DNA of 64,000 nucleotides from a virus (taxonomy: Duplodnaviria > Heunggongvirae > Uroviricota > Caudoviricetes). The notes beneath the pieces are model-generated. The model saw nothing but the letters and a program-made list of their open reading frames with translations, was not told where the DNA came from and searched no databases. The stretch lies in the IMG/VR virus record IMGVR_UViG_3300045016_000151, positions 82,078 through 146,077 of that record. The stretch is one strand, 5' to 3'. Below, one piece after another: positions 11,029 through 20,885 of the stretch. How positions within the stretch are numbered: position 1 is the first letter of the stretch; the number at the start of each line of letters is the position of its first letter. The position numbers and the translations under genes are program-made.

Positions 11029-11417
11029 AAATTTTCCTGTAATGTCTCCGGGGTAATTAATTGCTTCAATTCTTTTTCGAATTTAGTTTGCACTTGTATC
11101 ATTTCATCGATAACTGCAGTAGGGCGGTTTTTTACAAACTCCAATGCTACTGCTGTACTGTCGAAGACGGTCTTTTTATCCTTTGTTTCATAAGCTTTTA
11201 ATACCTGTGCCAACGTTTGAATCGCAAAAGAATGCAAAACATACACCGAAGCACCTTCAGCCGGTATAGCTTGTTCAATTGCCAGCTGTGTTCCACCTAC
11301 TAATGAGGCGATAGTTATCTTGGCTAAACCGCGAATTATTTCTTCGGTAGTAGTTGTTTGACCGTTTATAACAAGATCTTCTAACCACTTTTGTTGTTTT
11401 TCTGTTAATTGTGTCAT
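10977..11417 (-). CDS. tail assembly chaperone (G-like)
   Basis: 146 aa upstream of TMP; slippery heptamer near 3' end; AGGAG SD. Confidence 0.7.
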   Translation of the reverse strand: MTQLTEKQQKWLEDLVINGQTTTTEEIIRGLAKITIASLVGGTQLAIEQAIPAEGASVYVLHSFAIQTLAQVLKAYETKDKKTVFDSTAVALEFVKNRPTAVIDEMIQVQTKFEKELKQLITPETLQENFTTTPGTGADSNSTSKV

Positions 11418-11436
11418 GTATTCTCCTTATGATATG

Positions 11437-11465
11437 ATTATACTGTTTTTTATAATCAAATGCAA
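11437..11465 (-). promoter_or_regulatory. sigma70-type promoter for tail operon
   Basis: TTGCAT-17 nt-TATAAT on minus strand. Confidence 0.65.
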
Positions 11466-11486
11466 GACTATTATGGTATAAGATTA

Positions 11487-11515
11487 TTGAGTTTCAGGTG
11501 TTTTATTATTATAAT
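11487..11515 (+). promoter_or_regulatory. sigma70-type promoter for helicase operon
   Basis: TTGAGT-17 nt-TATAAT. Confidence 0.65.
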
Positions 11516-11530
11516 TAATGAAAAGAATTG

Positions 11531-13850
11531 ATGAATGTAAATATAAGTGGTGAATTAACCATAACCGATTACACAGAAGACGAGGCACACCAGATAAAAG
11601 CGAGCCTTGTGACCGAAAATCCAACCTGGGTAACGGCTATGAGTATGAACAAAAGTCTGTGGGGGATCGAACCAAAGCTTCGATTTTACACAGAAGCAAA
11701 CAATACAATAACCGCCCCCGTTGGTTTCCTTTCGTCATTGAAGATAATAAATCCTAATTTACAGATTGATGATAATCGCTATTATAGCAAAACTCCTATA
11801 CAAATAGAATTTACCGGGGAGTTACGAGATTATCAAAAAACTGCAGTAGATGTATTAAGTAATACAACAAACGGGGTTTTATGCTCTATCACGGCTTCAG
11901 GAAAAACCGTTATAGCCTGTGCGTTACTTGCAAAACTAAAACAACCTACATTGATACTGGTAGATACTATAGAACTTGCGCATCAATTTATTGCGCGATT
12001 AAAACAGTTCACCTCAGTAAAGAATATAGGAAAAATCGGCGCGGGCGAAAGAAAAATAAAACCAATAACTGTAGGGCTATTACAAAGCGTAAAAAAAATT
12101 GATCAATCAGAATTAAATAAATTCGGAATGATAATATGCGATGAGGTATTGACAAGGTCCACATATTACGTATAATAACTTATGAAAAATAAAATTAAGA
12201 TATTATATAAAAGTGGGTTGTCGGCTTATCAAATAATGCAAAAACTACACATTGCTTCAAAAGAATTAGTATACAATGTTATACATGAAGAAAAATTAAC
12301 TAGGGACTACGAAGAATGCAGACACCCTGGTTTGAATAGTCGTTATTTTAAAAATATAGATACAGAAGAAAAAGCGTATATACTTGGATTAATATTCGCC
12401 GACGGTTGTGTTAGAAAAAATCGCCCAGGCATGACCTTAGCACTACATCCGAATGATCTGTACATGTTGCGACGGATTAAAGATATTTTAGGAACCAAGG
12501 CAAAGATTCAAATATCAAAACAACCTTTAGCGGTGTATTATATAAATAATAAACAAATGAGATTAGACGTCATAGCTAAAGGGTGCTTGCCACAAAAATC
12601 TCTACGAGGTGGAAAACCCAAAAATATTCCTATAAAATACACACATCATTTTATTAGGGGTATATTTGATGGTGATGGTTCGATATATATAAGAAAAGTT
12701 CCTCATCTTAGATACTGTTTTGACATATCTGGCAATATCGATGTTGTTTCTTGGTGCCATAAAAGATTAAAACTTTATACTAAGATAACAAAACACCGCT
12801 CAATATTTAGATTAGAGACGACTAATTTAATTGAAGTTGTTAGAATATTTAATTATTTATATAAAGACAGTACAATTTTTCTAAAGAGAAAAAAAGCATT
12901 ATTTGAAAAAGCTTGTGCCGCACTTGATCGTAAGATCAAAGGTGTAAATCAAGGAAAAACGGTAAAAACCCGTGATGGGCAATACCGTGCTAAACGCAAG
13001 GATAGCAAACAGGCCCTGCGCAGTGTAGAGCATAGGAATTGAATAAATATAATATTCCCAAGAGTCCTTGACATCCTTATAGGATGAAAATATATGCCGA
13101 GCTACAAAGTAATTTGTAGAAATTGAGATAACAACCTCAATGATAACAAAATGACACATCGTACCAGCAAAAACATACGCTGAAGTTATTTCAAAGATAC
13201 CAGCAAAATATAAATATGGATTATCAGCCACACCAGAACGAGCTGATGGTCTTACTAAAGTAATATTCTGGTTAACCGGCCCATTGGTACATCAGGTTCC
13301 AGATGCCGCTGTTGCAGATAGAATTGTAAAACCTGTATATGAGTATATAAAAACTTCATATACGTATCCATTATTTGATACGTCAGAATATGGTATCATG
13401 ATAACGGATATGGGTACTAATGACATAAGAAATAAATTAATAGTTGACACCGTAAATAAATATAAAACACAACAATGTGTTCTATTGTGTCATAGACAAG
13501 AACATGCTCAGAGACTGGGTGCGTTACTACCGGACTCCGTAGTTTTATTATCCAGTGTAAAGAAAAAAGATCGCGCCGCTATTATGCAGCAACTTGAAAG
13601 CGGTAAAAAGCGTATTGTTGTTACTACCTGGCAATTGTTTCATAAAGGCATCGATCTGAAGGAGCTTGAGATCTTATTTATATGCGCACCAACACGAAGT
13701 AAAGTGTGGTTAAAACAAAGCGCCGGCAGACTAATGCGAGTTTCAAATAAGATAAAAAAGAATCCAGTCATTATTGATTTTGCGGATGTAAATATAGATT
13801 TACTAAAATTCCAATGGTATGCAAGAAAGAGAGTATTTACACAACTATGA
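11531..13850 (+). CDS. SF2 DExH helicase (UvsW/XPB-like), exons 11531-12147 and 13154-13850
   Basis: Motif I (TASGKT), QSV, DEVH rebuilt by splicing (gat gag gt|a cac), SATPER, KGIDL, QSAGRLMR; joined length 437 aa. Confidence 0.85.
12149..12176 (+). promoter_or_regulatory. intron-internal consensus promoter for the endonuclease
   Basis: TTGACA-16 nt-TATAAT; ATG starts 6 nt after the -10 box. Confidence 0.6.
12182..13042 (+). CDS. LAGLIDADG homing endonuclease (double motif)
   Basis: YILGLIFADGCV and FIRGIFDGDGSI motifs. Confidence 0.9.
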   Translation: MKNKIKILYKSGLSAYQIMQKLHIASKELVYNVIHEEKLTRDYEECRHPGLNSRYFKNIDTEEKAYILGLIFADGCVRKNRPGMTLALHPNDLYMLRRIKDILGTKAKIQISKQPLAVYYINNKQMRLDVIAKGCLPQKSLRGGKPKNIPIKYTHHFIRGIFDGDGSIYIRKVPHLRYCFDISGNIDVVSWCHKRLKLYTKITKHRSIFRLETTNLIEVVRIFNYLYKDSTIFLKRKKALFEKACAALDRKIKGVNQGKTVKTRDGQYRAKRKDSKQALRSVEHRN

Positions 13851-14062
13851 TTATGACCAAGTACAGACGCAATTTTACAACATGCAAAATAATATTGAAA
13901 CCAGAAGAATCACACTGTTTATTAATATATATTCTTTACTTTCTTGGAATAAAAATTACTACTATAAAAGAAACATATAACACGTTATTGGACGCTGAAA
14001 ATGCGTATGATTATTTATGTAAATATCATGAAAGGTTAAAATATGGTTGTGTCGATAAATAA
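13847..14062 (+). CDS. hypothetical protein
   Basis: ATGA-coupled to helicase stop. Confidence 0.55.
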   Translation: MIMTKYRRNFTTCKIILKPEESHCLLIYILYFLGIKITTIKETYNTLLDAENAYDYLCKYHERLKYGCVDK

Positions 14063-14486
14063 AGCAGATAACGAGGCACAATTGCGGATATTACGAACAC
14101 CAGCTACTCGTGGTGAAGTGGGCCCAGCGGCCTTGTTGGCAGTAGATTTAATAGACACCGCTAAGAACTATGAAATATGTATGGGGCTGGCAAGTAATCA
14201 AATCTGGACAAAAGAAAATGAGCCCATACCGCATGTATTTGTAGTAAATATTTCTGATAATTGGAAAGTATTTATAAATGCAACGGCAAAAAGATCGGGT
14301 AAATACTTCTCGTTTGAAGAAGGATGTATGTCAAAACCCGGGTATAAGAAAAGATGTATTCGTCGAGAAATCGTTACCGTATCATATATGGATGAGGAAG
14401 GTACTCCACACGTTGATAAATTTGTCGGTATGCCGGCAATTATTATACAACATGAGTTGGATCATATGACCGGAAAATTAATTTAA
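14043..14486 (+). CDS. def: peptide deformylase
   Basis: GLASNQI, EGCMS and QHELDH motifs. Confidence 0.9.
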   Translation: MVVSINKADNEAQLRILRTPATRGEVGPAALLAVDLIDTAKNYEICMGLASNQIWTKENEPIPHVFVVNISDNWKVFINATAKRSGKYFSFEEGCMSKPGYKKRCIRREIVTVSYMDEEGTPHVDKFVGMPAIIIQHELDHMTGKLI

Positions 14487-14494
14487 GGACTTAA

Positions 14495-14863
14495 ATGACT
14501 GAAATTATAAAAGAAGTATTAAGAAAATATCCGACTGCAAATTTAGCGTCAGAGAGCACTATCGAAGAAATAGCGGATAAGATCGAAGCAAGATTTGACG
14601 AGTTATTACAAGACAAAAGCAATATACCAAAAGCAGTATTTACGCAACAAATGTTATATGTTTTCAAACAGGTGGCGCAACAACTAGAGAATGCAAATCA
14701 ATTAGACGCTATAAAGGTTCTTTATGAGGAACTAGTACAAGTCTGTAAATATTATAATAACGGACAGAATTTATTAGGACTTTCCGAAGCATTGTCGGAA
14801 TTAATAGCCACAGCTGCCGAAGCCACATCAGAACTAGAATCATGCGCTACGAACAAAAGCTAA
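14495..14863 (+). CDS. hypothetical protein
   Basis: AAGGA SD, in operon. Confidence 0.6.
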   Translation: MTEIIKEVLRKYPTANLASESTIEEIADKIEARFDELLQDKSNIPKAVFTQQMLYVFKQVAQQLENANQLDAIKVLYEELVQVCKYYNNGQNLLGLSEALSELIATAAEATSELESCATNKS

Positions 14864-15081
14864 CAAGTGGAATTGTTTTTTATTACGAGATAACCGGCAA
14901 ACAGGTAGATAAGTTGTTTGCCGTTTATTTTAGTTACGGCAGCGTAAAAGATGAGACAGATTTTCAGTTTCACCAAGAATTTTTAAAGCGAGATTCGTTT
15001 AGTAGTATGCAAAGTACTATTGAAGAACTAAAAAAATATTGTACTAATAAAGGATTTAAACATGTCTCTACCAAACACTGA
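14842..15081 (+). CDS. hypothetical protein
   Basis: ORF in operon. Confidence 0.5.
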   Translation: MRYEQKLTSGIVFYYEITGKQVDKLFAVYFSYGSVKDETDFQFHQEFLKRDSFSSMQSTIEELKKYCTNKGFKHVSTKH

Positions 15082-15319
15082 TTATACGCCGCCAGGGTAT
15101 CAGGTCGCTAGAGCGTGTGGCAATTGTTTATATTATAGAAAAGTAACTGTTTCACACGGCACATGTCGACTAGAAACACTAGCTAACCCGACAGCTCCAA
15201 AGCGACCGACGCATCTAATTTGTACTTGTGATGCGCATGTTTTTAAAAATCACAGCGTGACTATACATAGGATACACCATGATTTCAATGCAGCCATTCC
15301 AGATGACAGACAACTATGA
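15062..15319 (+). CDS. small Cys-rich hypothetical protein
   Basis: CGNC...C...C pattern. Confidence 0.55.
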   Translation: MSLPNTDYTPPGYQVARACGNCLYYRKVTVSHGTCRLETLANPTAPKRPTHLICTCDAHVFKNHSVTIHRIHHDFNAAIPDDRQL

Positions 15320-15722
15320 CTGCTTTCAGTTTGCATTCAGAGATAAATTTGATTATGTAGCGAAACAACTCGAGATTGCTACAGCATTGGACTCCAGTAA
15401 AATCTCCGTGCCTTTCTCCGTTGTACATTTAAATAATTTTTGGTTATTCTTACCAAGTACACAGCATGATGATACGCATCATATGATTATTACAAATGTA
15501 GTTTCATCGCTCGCACATGTATTTTTATCAAGAATACGTATGCGTGTACATTACACAAGACCACAGTCTATCAATGTCATAGGAATTATAGAGGGCCATA
15601 TTGGATTGAATTCACGACGATTATTTAATTCTATAAGTATGCAACCAGATATGTTTATGAAAGCACCGACATATGAAACTATGCGAGAAGACTTAAGAAC
15701 CGGTTTATGGATAACAACTTAA
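15279..15722 (+). CDS. hypothetical protein
   Basis: ORF in operon; start uncertain. Confidence 0.5.
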   Translation: MISMQPFQMTDNYDCFQFAFRDKFDYVAKQLEIATALDSSKISVPFSVVHLNNFWLFLPSTQHDDTHHMIITNVVSSLAHVFLSRIRMRVHYTRPQSINVIGIIEGHIGLNSRRLFNSISMQPDMFMKAPTYETMREDLRTGLWITT

Positions 15723-16774
15723 TCTTTGCTATTGAAAAACTAGGGGCCACGATCTACTTATTTGGTGAATGTGTTTGGGCAACAGCATTAAAAATAAAAG
15801 TGCAGTATTATAAGTTAGCTATAATTGGAGTAACCCGCGAACAGGTAATTCCATTGTTAGATAACTATACATTGCACAGAACAAAACCAACACTGCAGAT
15901 AAGTGACGGTGACACAACATATGAATTGTATTTTTTGAATAGTATAGATAGTGTACCATTTGATCCTATATCGATAAACAATGCTATTCTCAGTCTGGAT
16001 GGCAAGGTATTTCGCGCCGATGATTTAAAGAATAAACTCATTCGTGCCAATACCTCCACATTTCTCGATTACCCCGAAGAGTTATTACGGATATGTCGCA
16101 TTGCTGCGCAAACCTCTTTTGCCGTAGATGTCCCAACGTGGGTAACAATGTACGAACATTCACGATTGATCAAGAATGTAGTAAAGAGCAACCCAGCATA
16201 TATTGGAAAACAATTGCAACAAATAATTATGTCAAAAAATCCGGGGCATGGTTTTCGTTTGATGTTAGAGACCAACGTACTACAATATATTTTTCCAGAG
16301 TTAGCACGTTGTAACAATATTCGTCAAACACGTCGGGGCGAAGGCATCAATGTATTTGAACACATATTGTTGGCTATAAATGCGGCAGCACTTGAAGAAG
16401 AAATCAGATGGACTATGTTATTTCATGATATGGCAAAACCAACTACTATGGATATTACTTCCGATGGTAAAATGCATTTTTTCAAACACGAATTTGTAGG
16501 CGCCGAGCTCGCTGTAACATACATGACAAAATATAAATTACCGCCGTCTCTAATACAAACTGTAAAGATATTAATAGAGAATCATATGTTTGACGCGGAC
16601 CCGAAGTTAACCGTAAAGGGCGTGCGTCGTCTAATTAAAAGAGTCGGCAAAGAAAACATATATCAACTTATAAAAGTGCGAGAAGCGGATAGACGTGGTA
16701 CCATGGTTCCACCGTCAAATGATAAGATAGAATTGTTAAAAACCAAAATCGAAAAAGAATTATCAAATGTTTAA
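15707..16774 (+). CDS. CCA-adding-enzyme-like protein with degenerate NTase head and intact HD domain
   Basis: Overall layout of class II NTases; GGxVRD/DxD replaced by GECVWA/YYK; HD motifs FHDMAKP, HEFVGA, NHM, EAD intact. Confidence 0.7.
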   Translation: MDNNLIFAIEKLGATIYLFGECVWATALKIKVQYYKLAIIGVTREQVIPLLDNYTLHRTKPTLQISDGDTTYELYFLNSIDSVPFDPISINNAILSLDGKVFRADDLKNKLIRANTSTFLDYPEELLRICRIAAQTSFAVDVPTWVTMYEHSRLIKNVVKSNPAYIGKQLQQIIMSKNPGHGFRLMLETNVLQYIFPELARCNNIRQTRRGEGINVFEHILLAINAAALEEEIRWTMLFHDMAKPTTMDITSDGKMHFFKHEFVGAELAVTYMTKYKLPPSLIQTVKILIENHMFDADPKLTVKGVRRLIKRVGKENIYQLIKVREADRRGTMVPPSNDKIELLKTKIEKELSNV

Positions 16775-17189
16775 CACCTATATCATAATTATTGTTACAA
16801 CGTTAATTATTGCCTTAATTTATACGGCATTCTTTTACAGGGTGCAATATTTAAAGATATATCGACAAAAGAAAGCATCAGAAGTCCGCCTGGGACAAAT
16901 AGCCGAACATTTGGTTCCGTATCTGAAACATTTTCAATATGATCCAAAAAGAGCTCATTTTTTAGGGATGCCTGTAGATTATATTGTATTTGACGATAAT
17001 GCAATAATATTTTTAGAAATTAAAACTGGAGCGTCAGGACTAAATCGTACACAACGCAACATAAAAAAATTAATTGATGATGGTAAGGTTAGATGGGAAG
17101 AATTACGATTAACTTCGAATTCTATGTATCCTAAAGACGACCAAAAACATAGCTTTGACTTATTAAAAAGAGCAGGAGTAGAATTATAA
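16767..17189 (+). CDS. Holliday-junction-resolvase-like PD-(D/E)xK endonuclease with N-terminal TM helix
   Basis: GQIAEHL.PY...FLG.PVDYIVF....FLEIKTG...QR.IK. Confidence 0.75.
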   Translation: MFNTYIIIIVTTLIIALIYTAFFYRVQYLKIYRQKKASEVRLGQIAEHLVPYLKHFQYDPKRAHFLGMPVDYIVFDDNAIIFLEIKTGASGLNRTQRNIKKLIDDGKVRWEELRLTSNSMYPKDDQKHSFDLLKRAGVEL

Positions 17190-17196
17190 GTTTAAT

Positions 17197-17225
17197 TTGC
17201 TTTTAATACACAAATTTAGTATATT
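17197..17225 (+). promoter_or_regulatory. sigma70-type promoter, probably leaderless transcript
   Basis: TTGCTT-17 nt-TATATT; ATG at 17232. Confidence 0.55.
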
Positions 17226-17231
17226 TAAGCA

Positions 17232-17525
17232 ATGACAGACTTTAGTAAATACTTCGACAAATATATAGTTTTAGTGACAAACTACACCACATCTCCCCAA
17301 GAATTAAAATCATTAAAAAGCGAACAATACGATATAAAAATAGTTAAATATAACGATAAGTATGTATGCGTACGCAGTTTGAAAGAAGATGATTTGCGGG
17401 ATGAAGACTATGTTATTTGGCTGCAAACAATGTGGCAAATCGAAGAAGACATAACACTTTTCTTGAGGAATAGCAAAGAATGGATCGAAAAAGATCTAGT
17501 CAGAACATCACAAAAACAGCCTTAA
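17232..17525 (+). CDS. hypothetical protein
   Basis: ORF just after promoter. Confidence 0.6.
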   Translation: MTDFSKYFDKYIVLVTNYTTSPQELKSLKSEQYDIKIVKYNDKYVCVRSLKEDDLRDEDYVIWLQTMWQIEEDITLFLRNSKEWIEKDLVRTSQKQP

Positions 17526-17920
17526 AACCATACACACGCCTAAAACGCAAATATCATTCAGTCCAGGTACAAACTTTTTTGATAATGGTAACCACGGAAA
17601 ACGTCGAATCAGACGCAAATAAAAAATTTGATCATACCGGCTTTACATTAAAAGTTGTTGAAAGAGGTATCGATAATTACTATGGTGTGCGCACACAAGA
17701 ATTATCGTATACCAAAAGCGGTCATGTTGCATATCCGATTTTCACTGATTTTTCACGAACTACCGTTCTTGATACATTGCGTACACTAGGAAATACACCG
17801 TCTCCTGTAATACACCGCTTGATACGAATAGGATTAAGCGCCAGGCAAATAGGTCAAATACGAAGATGGCATATTTCCGACTGGCGGGTATTACCCGTAA
17901 AAATACATTTTAGTAAATAG
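17480..17920 (+). CDS. hypothetical protein
   Basis: 146 aa ORF. Confidence 0.5.
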   Translation: MDRKRSSQNITKTALKPYTRLKRKYHSVQVQTFLIMVTTENVESDANKKFDHTGFTLKVVERGIDNYYGVRTQELSYTKSGHVAYPIFTDFSRTTVLDTLRTLGNTPSPVIHRLIRIGLSARQIGQIRRWHISDWRVLPVKIHFSK

Positions 17921-17929
17921 GATTAAGTA

Positions 17930-18679
17930 ATGAAAATATTACCTGTGGGTTCCTCGAGTTCCGGGAACTGCACATTAATTTATAACGATAATACACGCAT
18001 CTTAATCGATTGCGGTATATCGGCAAAAAGGGTTTTTGAGAAAACAGGGCACAAGGAATTCAGCGCCCTGTTTATTTCTCACGAACATAGCGATCATATT
18101 GTTGGCGCAGGCCCTGTTGGGCGTAAAACCAAAGTTCCTATATATATTCATGAAGCTGTTTTCAAAGCAAAAGAAACAGATTTAAATGATTGTGAAATCA
18201 AATATATAAATGAGACATCTGTACTGCAAATTAAATCTTTGATAGTTAAACCTTTTTCAACAAAACACGACGCAAAGTTTGCACTGGGTTTTATAATTGA
18301 AGAGCCCGCTACAAATACGTTTCTCTGCTATTTAACCGATACTGGCAGCATCAGCAAAACTATGCGAGAACGTACAAAACATTGTAACGCCTTTTTCATC
18401 GAATGCGATTATGACGATGAATTATTGGCAACTTACGACGGATACGACCAATTATTAAAGGATCGTATTAGCTCCAACTTTGGTCACCTTAGTACATCAC
18501 AGGCTTTAGAATTTTTATCTGAGTTTGATTTGACTAAGACAAAGGGAATAGTTATTGGTCATATAAGTCCAAGGACTAATTCGCCCGAAAAAGTTAAGGA
18601 GCATTTTATGAAGAAATTTGCAACACTTGAAAATAAATTTCATATTGCTCCATTTGATGCCCCCTTAGAATTGACATGA
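17930..18679 (+). CDS. MBL-fold metallo-hydrolase/nuclease (YycJ/PhnP-like)
   Basis: GSSSSGN, IDCG, SHEHSDH, TDTG, GHLS, GHIS motifs. Confidence 0.85.
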   Translation: MKILPVGSSSSGNCTLIYNDNTRILIDCGISAKRVFEKTGHKEFSALFISHEHSDHIVGAGPVGRKTKVPIYIHEAVFKAKETDLNDCEIKYINETSVLQIKSLIVKPFSTKHDAKFALGFIIEEPATNTFLCYLTDTGSISKTMRERTKHCNAFFIECDYDDELLATYDGYDQLLKDRISSNFGHLSTSQALEFLSEFDLTKTKGIVIGHISPRTNSPEKVKEHFMKKFATLENKFHIAPFDAPLELT

Positions 18680-19005
18680 TATATAAAACATTCTTTAAAT
18701 CGGTTTATTCACTTGGGCAACATTCCGACGACTACAAAAAGTTGATTGGCAAACGTGTCGGCAAAGTATACGAATATACATCATCGTCAGACACCATTAT
18801 TGTGCATCTTGGCAATACCTATCTTCATATAGCAGTTGGTAAAGATGTTCAGGCGCCGGTATTAAAGAACTTAATAAGCGTTGCATTAACCCACAAGAAA
18901 CCAGTGAAGTTGGAATTCTGTGAAAACTTGCAGAACCTTCAGATGGTGGATCAGGTAGTTTTAAAAATAAATGAGTATTTAGGATTTCAAGATATTTTAA
19001 TATAA
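18676..19005 (+). CDS. hypothetical protein
   Basis: ATGA-coupled ORF. Confidence 0.55.
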   Translation: MIYKTFFKSVYSLGQHSDDYKKLIGKRVGKVYEYTSSSDTIIVHLGNTYLHIAVGKDVQAPVLKNLISVALTHKKPVKLEFCENLQNLQMVDQVVLKINEYLGFQDILI

Positions 19006-19012
19006 GGTATAA

Positions 19013-19681
19013 ATGGTTTTTCAAAAAGATACAACTGTTTTTAATAAACAATTAGCCTTCGACATCGAAACCATCCCTACGCGGGATGTTGTGCCCGATG
19101 AACTAGAAGAACTGATAACACGTAAGATAGAAAGGGCACAGAAGTCAAATCCACTGCTCAATGTTACAAGCGAACGCCGTAAAATTATGGCTACTGATCC
19201 TTTGTTAGGACAAATTATTTGTATAGGTATGTATTACTCTACAAGTGACACAAAAGTGGCACTCACCGATTCTTCTGAAAAAGTTATTTTAGAAAAATTT
19301 TGGAAAGCAATTAGTGTATTTAATGGTGTTTTCGTTGGGTTTAACTCAGTTAGATTCGATGTCCCCTTTATTATTAGACGAAGTATGTTACATAGGATAA
19401 TACCTACGAATTCGTCTTTTCTGCAATATACACGCTTTGATCCATTTCCTCCTCATTTTGATGTAATGCTTCAATTGTCTGGACGAGACGGATTTTTAAG
19501 TTTAAAAAATGCATGCGCGGCATTCGGTATTCCATCACCAAAAAACGGCAAGATACACGCAGAAAATGTCGAACAAGCATATAATGAAGGAAAAATAAAA
19601 GAGATCGCCGAGTATTGTTTAGGCGATGTTGTGGCTACTCACAAGTTATACGAAATTATAATCGATTATATAGTAAAATAA
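19013..19681 (+). CDS. PolB-like 3'-5' exonuclease (RNase H fold)
   Basis: FDIET, GFNSVRFDVPF and YCLGDV exonuclease motifs. Confidence 0.85.
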   Translation: MVFQKDTTVFNKQLAFDIETIPTRDVVPDELEELITRKIERAQKSNPLLNVTSERRKIMATDPLLGQIICIGMYYSTSDTKVALTDSSEKVILEKFWKAISVFNGVFVGFNSVRFDVPFIIRRSMLHRIIPTNSSFLQYTRFDPFPPHFDVMLQLSGRDGFLSLKNACAAFGIPSPKNGKIHAENVEQAYNEGKIKEIAEYCLGDVVATHKLYEIIIDYIVK

Positions 19682-19684
19682 TTA

Positions 19685-20885
19685 ATGAGCTTATTTAAAA
19701 AACCAACTAAAGACGATAGACGGTTAAAGATGTATGTATTCGGCGAAAGCGGTGTTGGGAAAACGCTAACTTCGCTATACTTTCCATCTCCTGCCGTAGT
19801 CGACATCGAAGGTGGCACACATTTTTATGTCGACAAATTTGAAATGACGCGATTACTTACAACGGATATAGATGAAATAAATCGAGCCGTCGATGAGTTA
19901 ATCGAAGATCCCACAGGAATAAAAACATTTGTTTTGGACAGTATGACCGCATACTGGGACTTGTTGCAAGACAAACACCTAAAACGTCTAAGGGTGAAAA
20001 AGGCAAAGCCTGATTATACATTTCAACCGATGGATTATCGGTTGCTTCAGGCTGATTTAAAATCCTTTATAAACAAGTTGTTAGCATTAGATCTTAATAT
20101 CATTGTAACAGCTAAATCAAAAAATGAATATTCTGCAGAGAGCAGTGAATTCATGAAAATAATTGGTAAAAAACCAGACGGTCCAAAGGAAGTACCGTTG
20201 ACATGAAAAGAAAATATACTGGTCCAATTCGTTTTTAAAATAAATATGTTTATCTTGAAATTACAGATAAAAACACGAATATTGGATAAAATAGCGGCCT
20301 ATGTAGAGAAATCTTATAGGAAAATCGGGAATAACGGAGAAACTCCTTAACCAGTAAGGACAATTCCGTAGCGGAAACGCTCGAACGACTGACAACCGAC
20401 TTCAAGTATGAAGATGATACAGTCTGCTCTATAGATATATATAAAACTATAGCTAACACATGGATTTATTTGACATAGTCCTTGAACTTATGTTTGGTCC
20501 AAATGATACCAGAATAGCAAAAGTTATAAAAGATCGTACTAACACATTACCAAAAGAGTTTGAATACACATATCAAGAGTTAACGAAGTACTTGGATATG
20601 AAAGAACTAGAGCGTGAACCTGTTGCACTCCGTGCGGTACAACGCTTGAATCAAGTTTCTAACCGTACCGTTGCTATAACACTAGATGGTCAAACCGTGA
20701 TGACCGGCGGTATAACAGTAGAAACTTTCACAAAACTTCGTGACATTATTCCACATTTTGAGGAACGGGAATTAAAAGATAAATTACAGGAGGACTATTA
20801 TGTTGGTTCTCTACTCGATCTGAAAGAAGACGAGGCAAAGCAGTTCCTTACTGATCTACAAGCAAAACTAGGTATTAATAATTAA
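19685..20885 (+). CDS. AAA_24/Sak4-like ATPase, exons 19685-20198 and 20464-20885
   Basis: GESGVGKT, DIEGG, VLDS; splicing restores P-Y-L-F-D-I-V (ccg t|at tta); 311 aa. Confidence 0.8.
20199..20463 (+). mobile_element. ORF-less group I intron (265 nt)
   Basis: U|...G| junctions; IGS GCGG pairs exon CCGU; P4 AACGGA/TCCGT; P7 GACTG/CAGTC. Confidence 0.85.

Larger units (their letters stand above)
12148..13153 (+). mobile_element. group I intron (1006 nt) with LAGLIDADG homing endonuclease
   Basis: 5' exon ends in U, intron ends in G; P3 TCAAGGA/TCCTTGA, P4 AACGGT/ACCGT, P7 GCATA/TATGC, P2 hairpin TTGATC-GTAA-GATCAA. Confidence 0.85.

Noticed and set aside
13284-13850. Stand-alone helicase C-terminal gene (and 20460-20885 as a separate gene)
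   Set aside because: Both are second exons; splicing restores conserved motifs in frame
20198-20220. Promoter at the 5' end of the AAA-gene intron
   Set aside because: TTGACA and TATACT are only 11 nt apart
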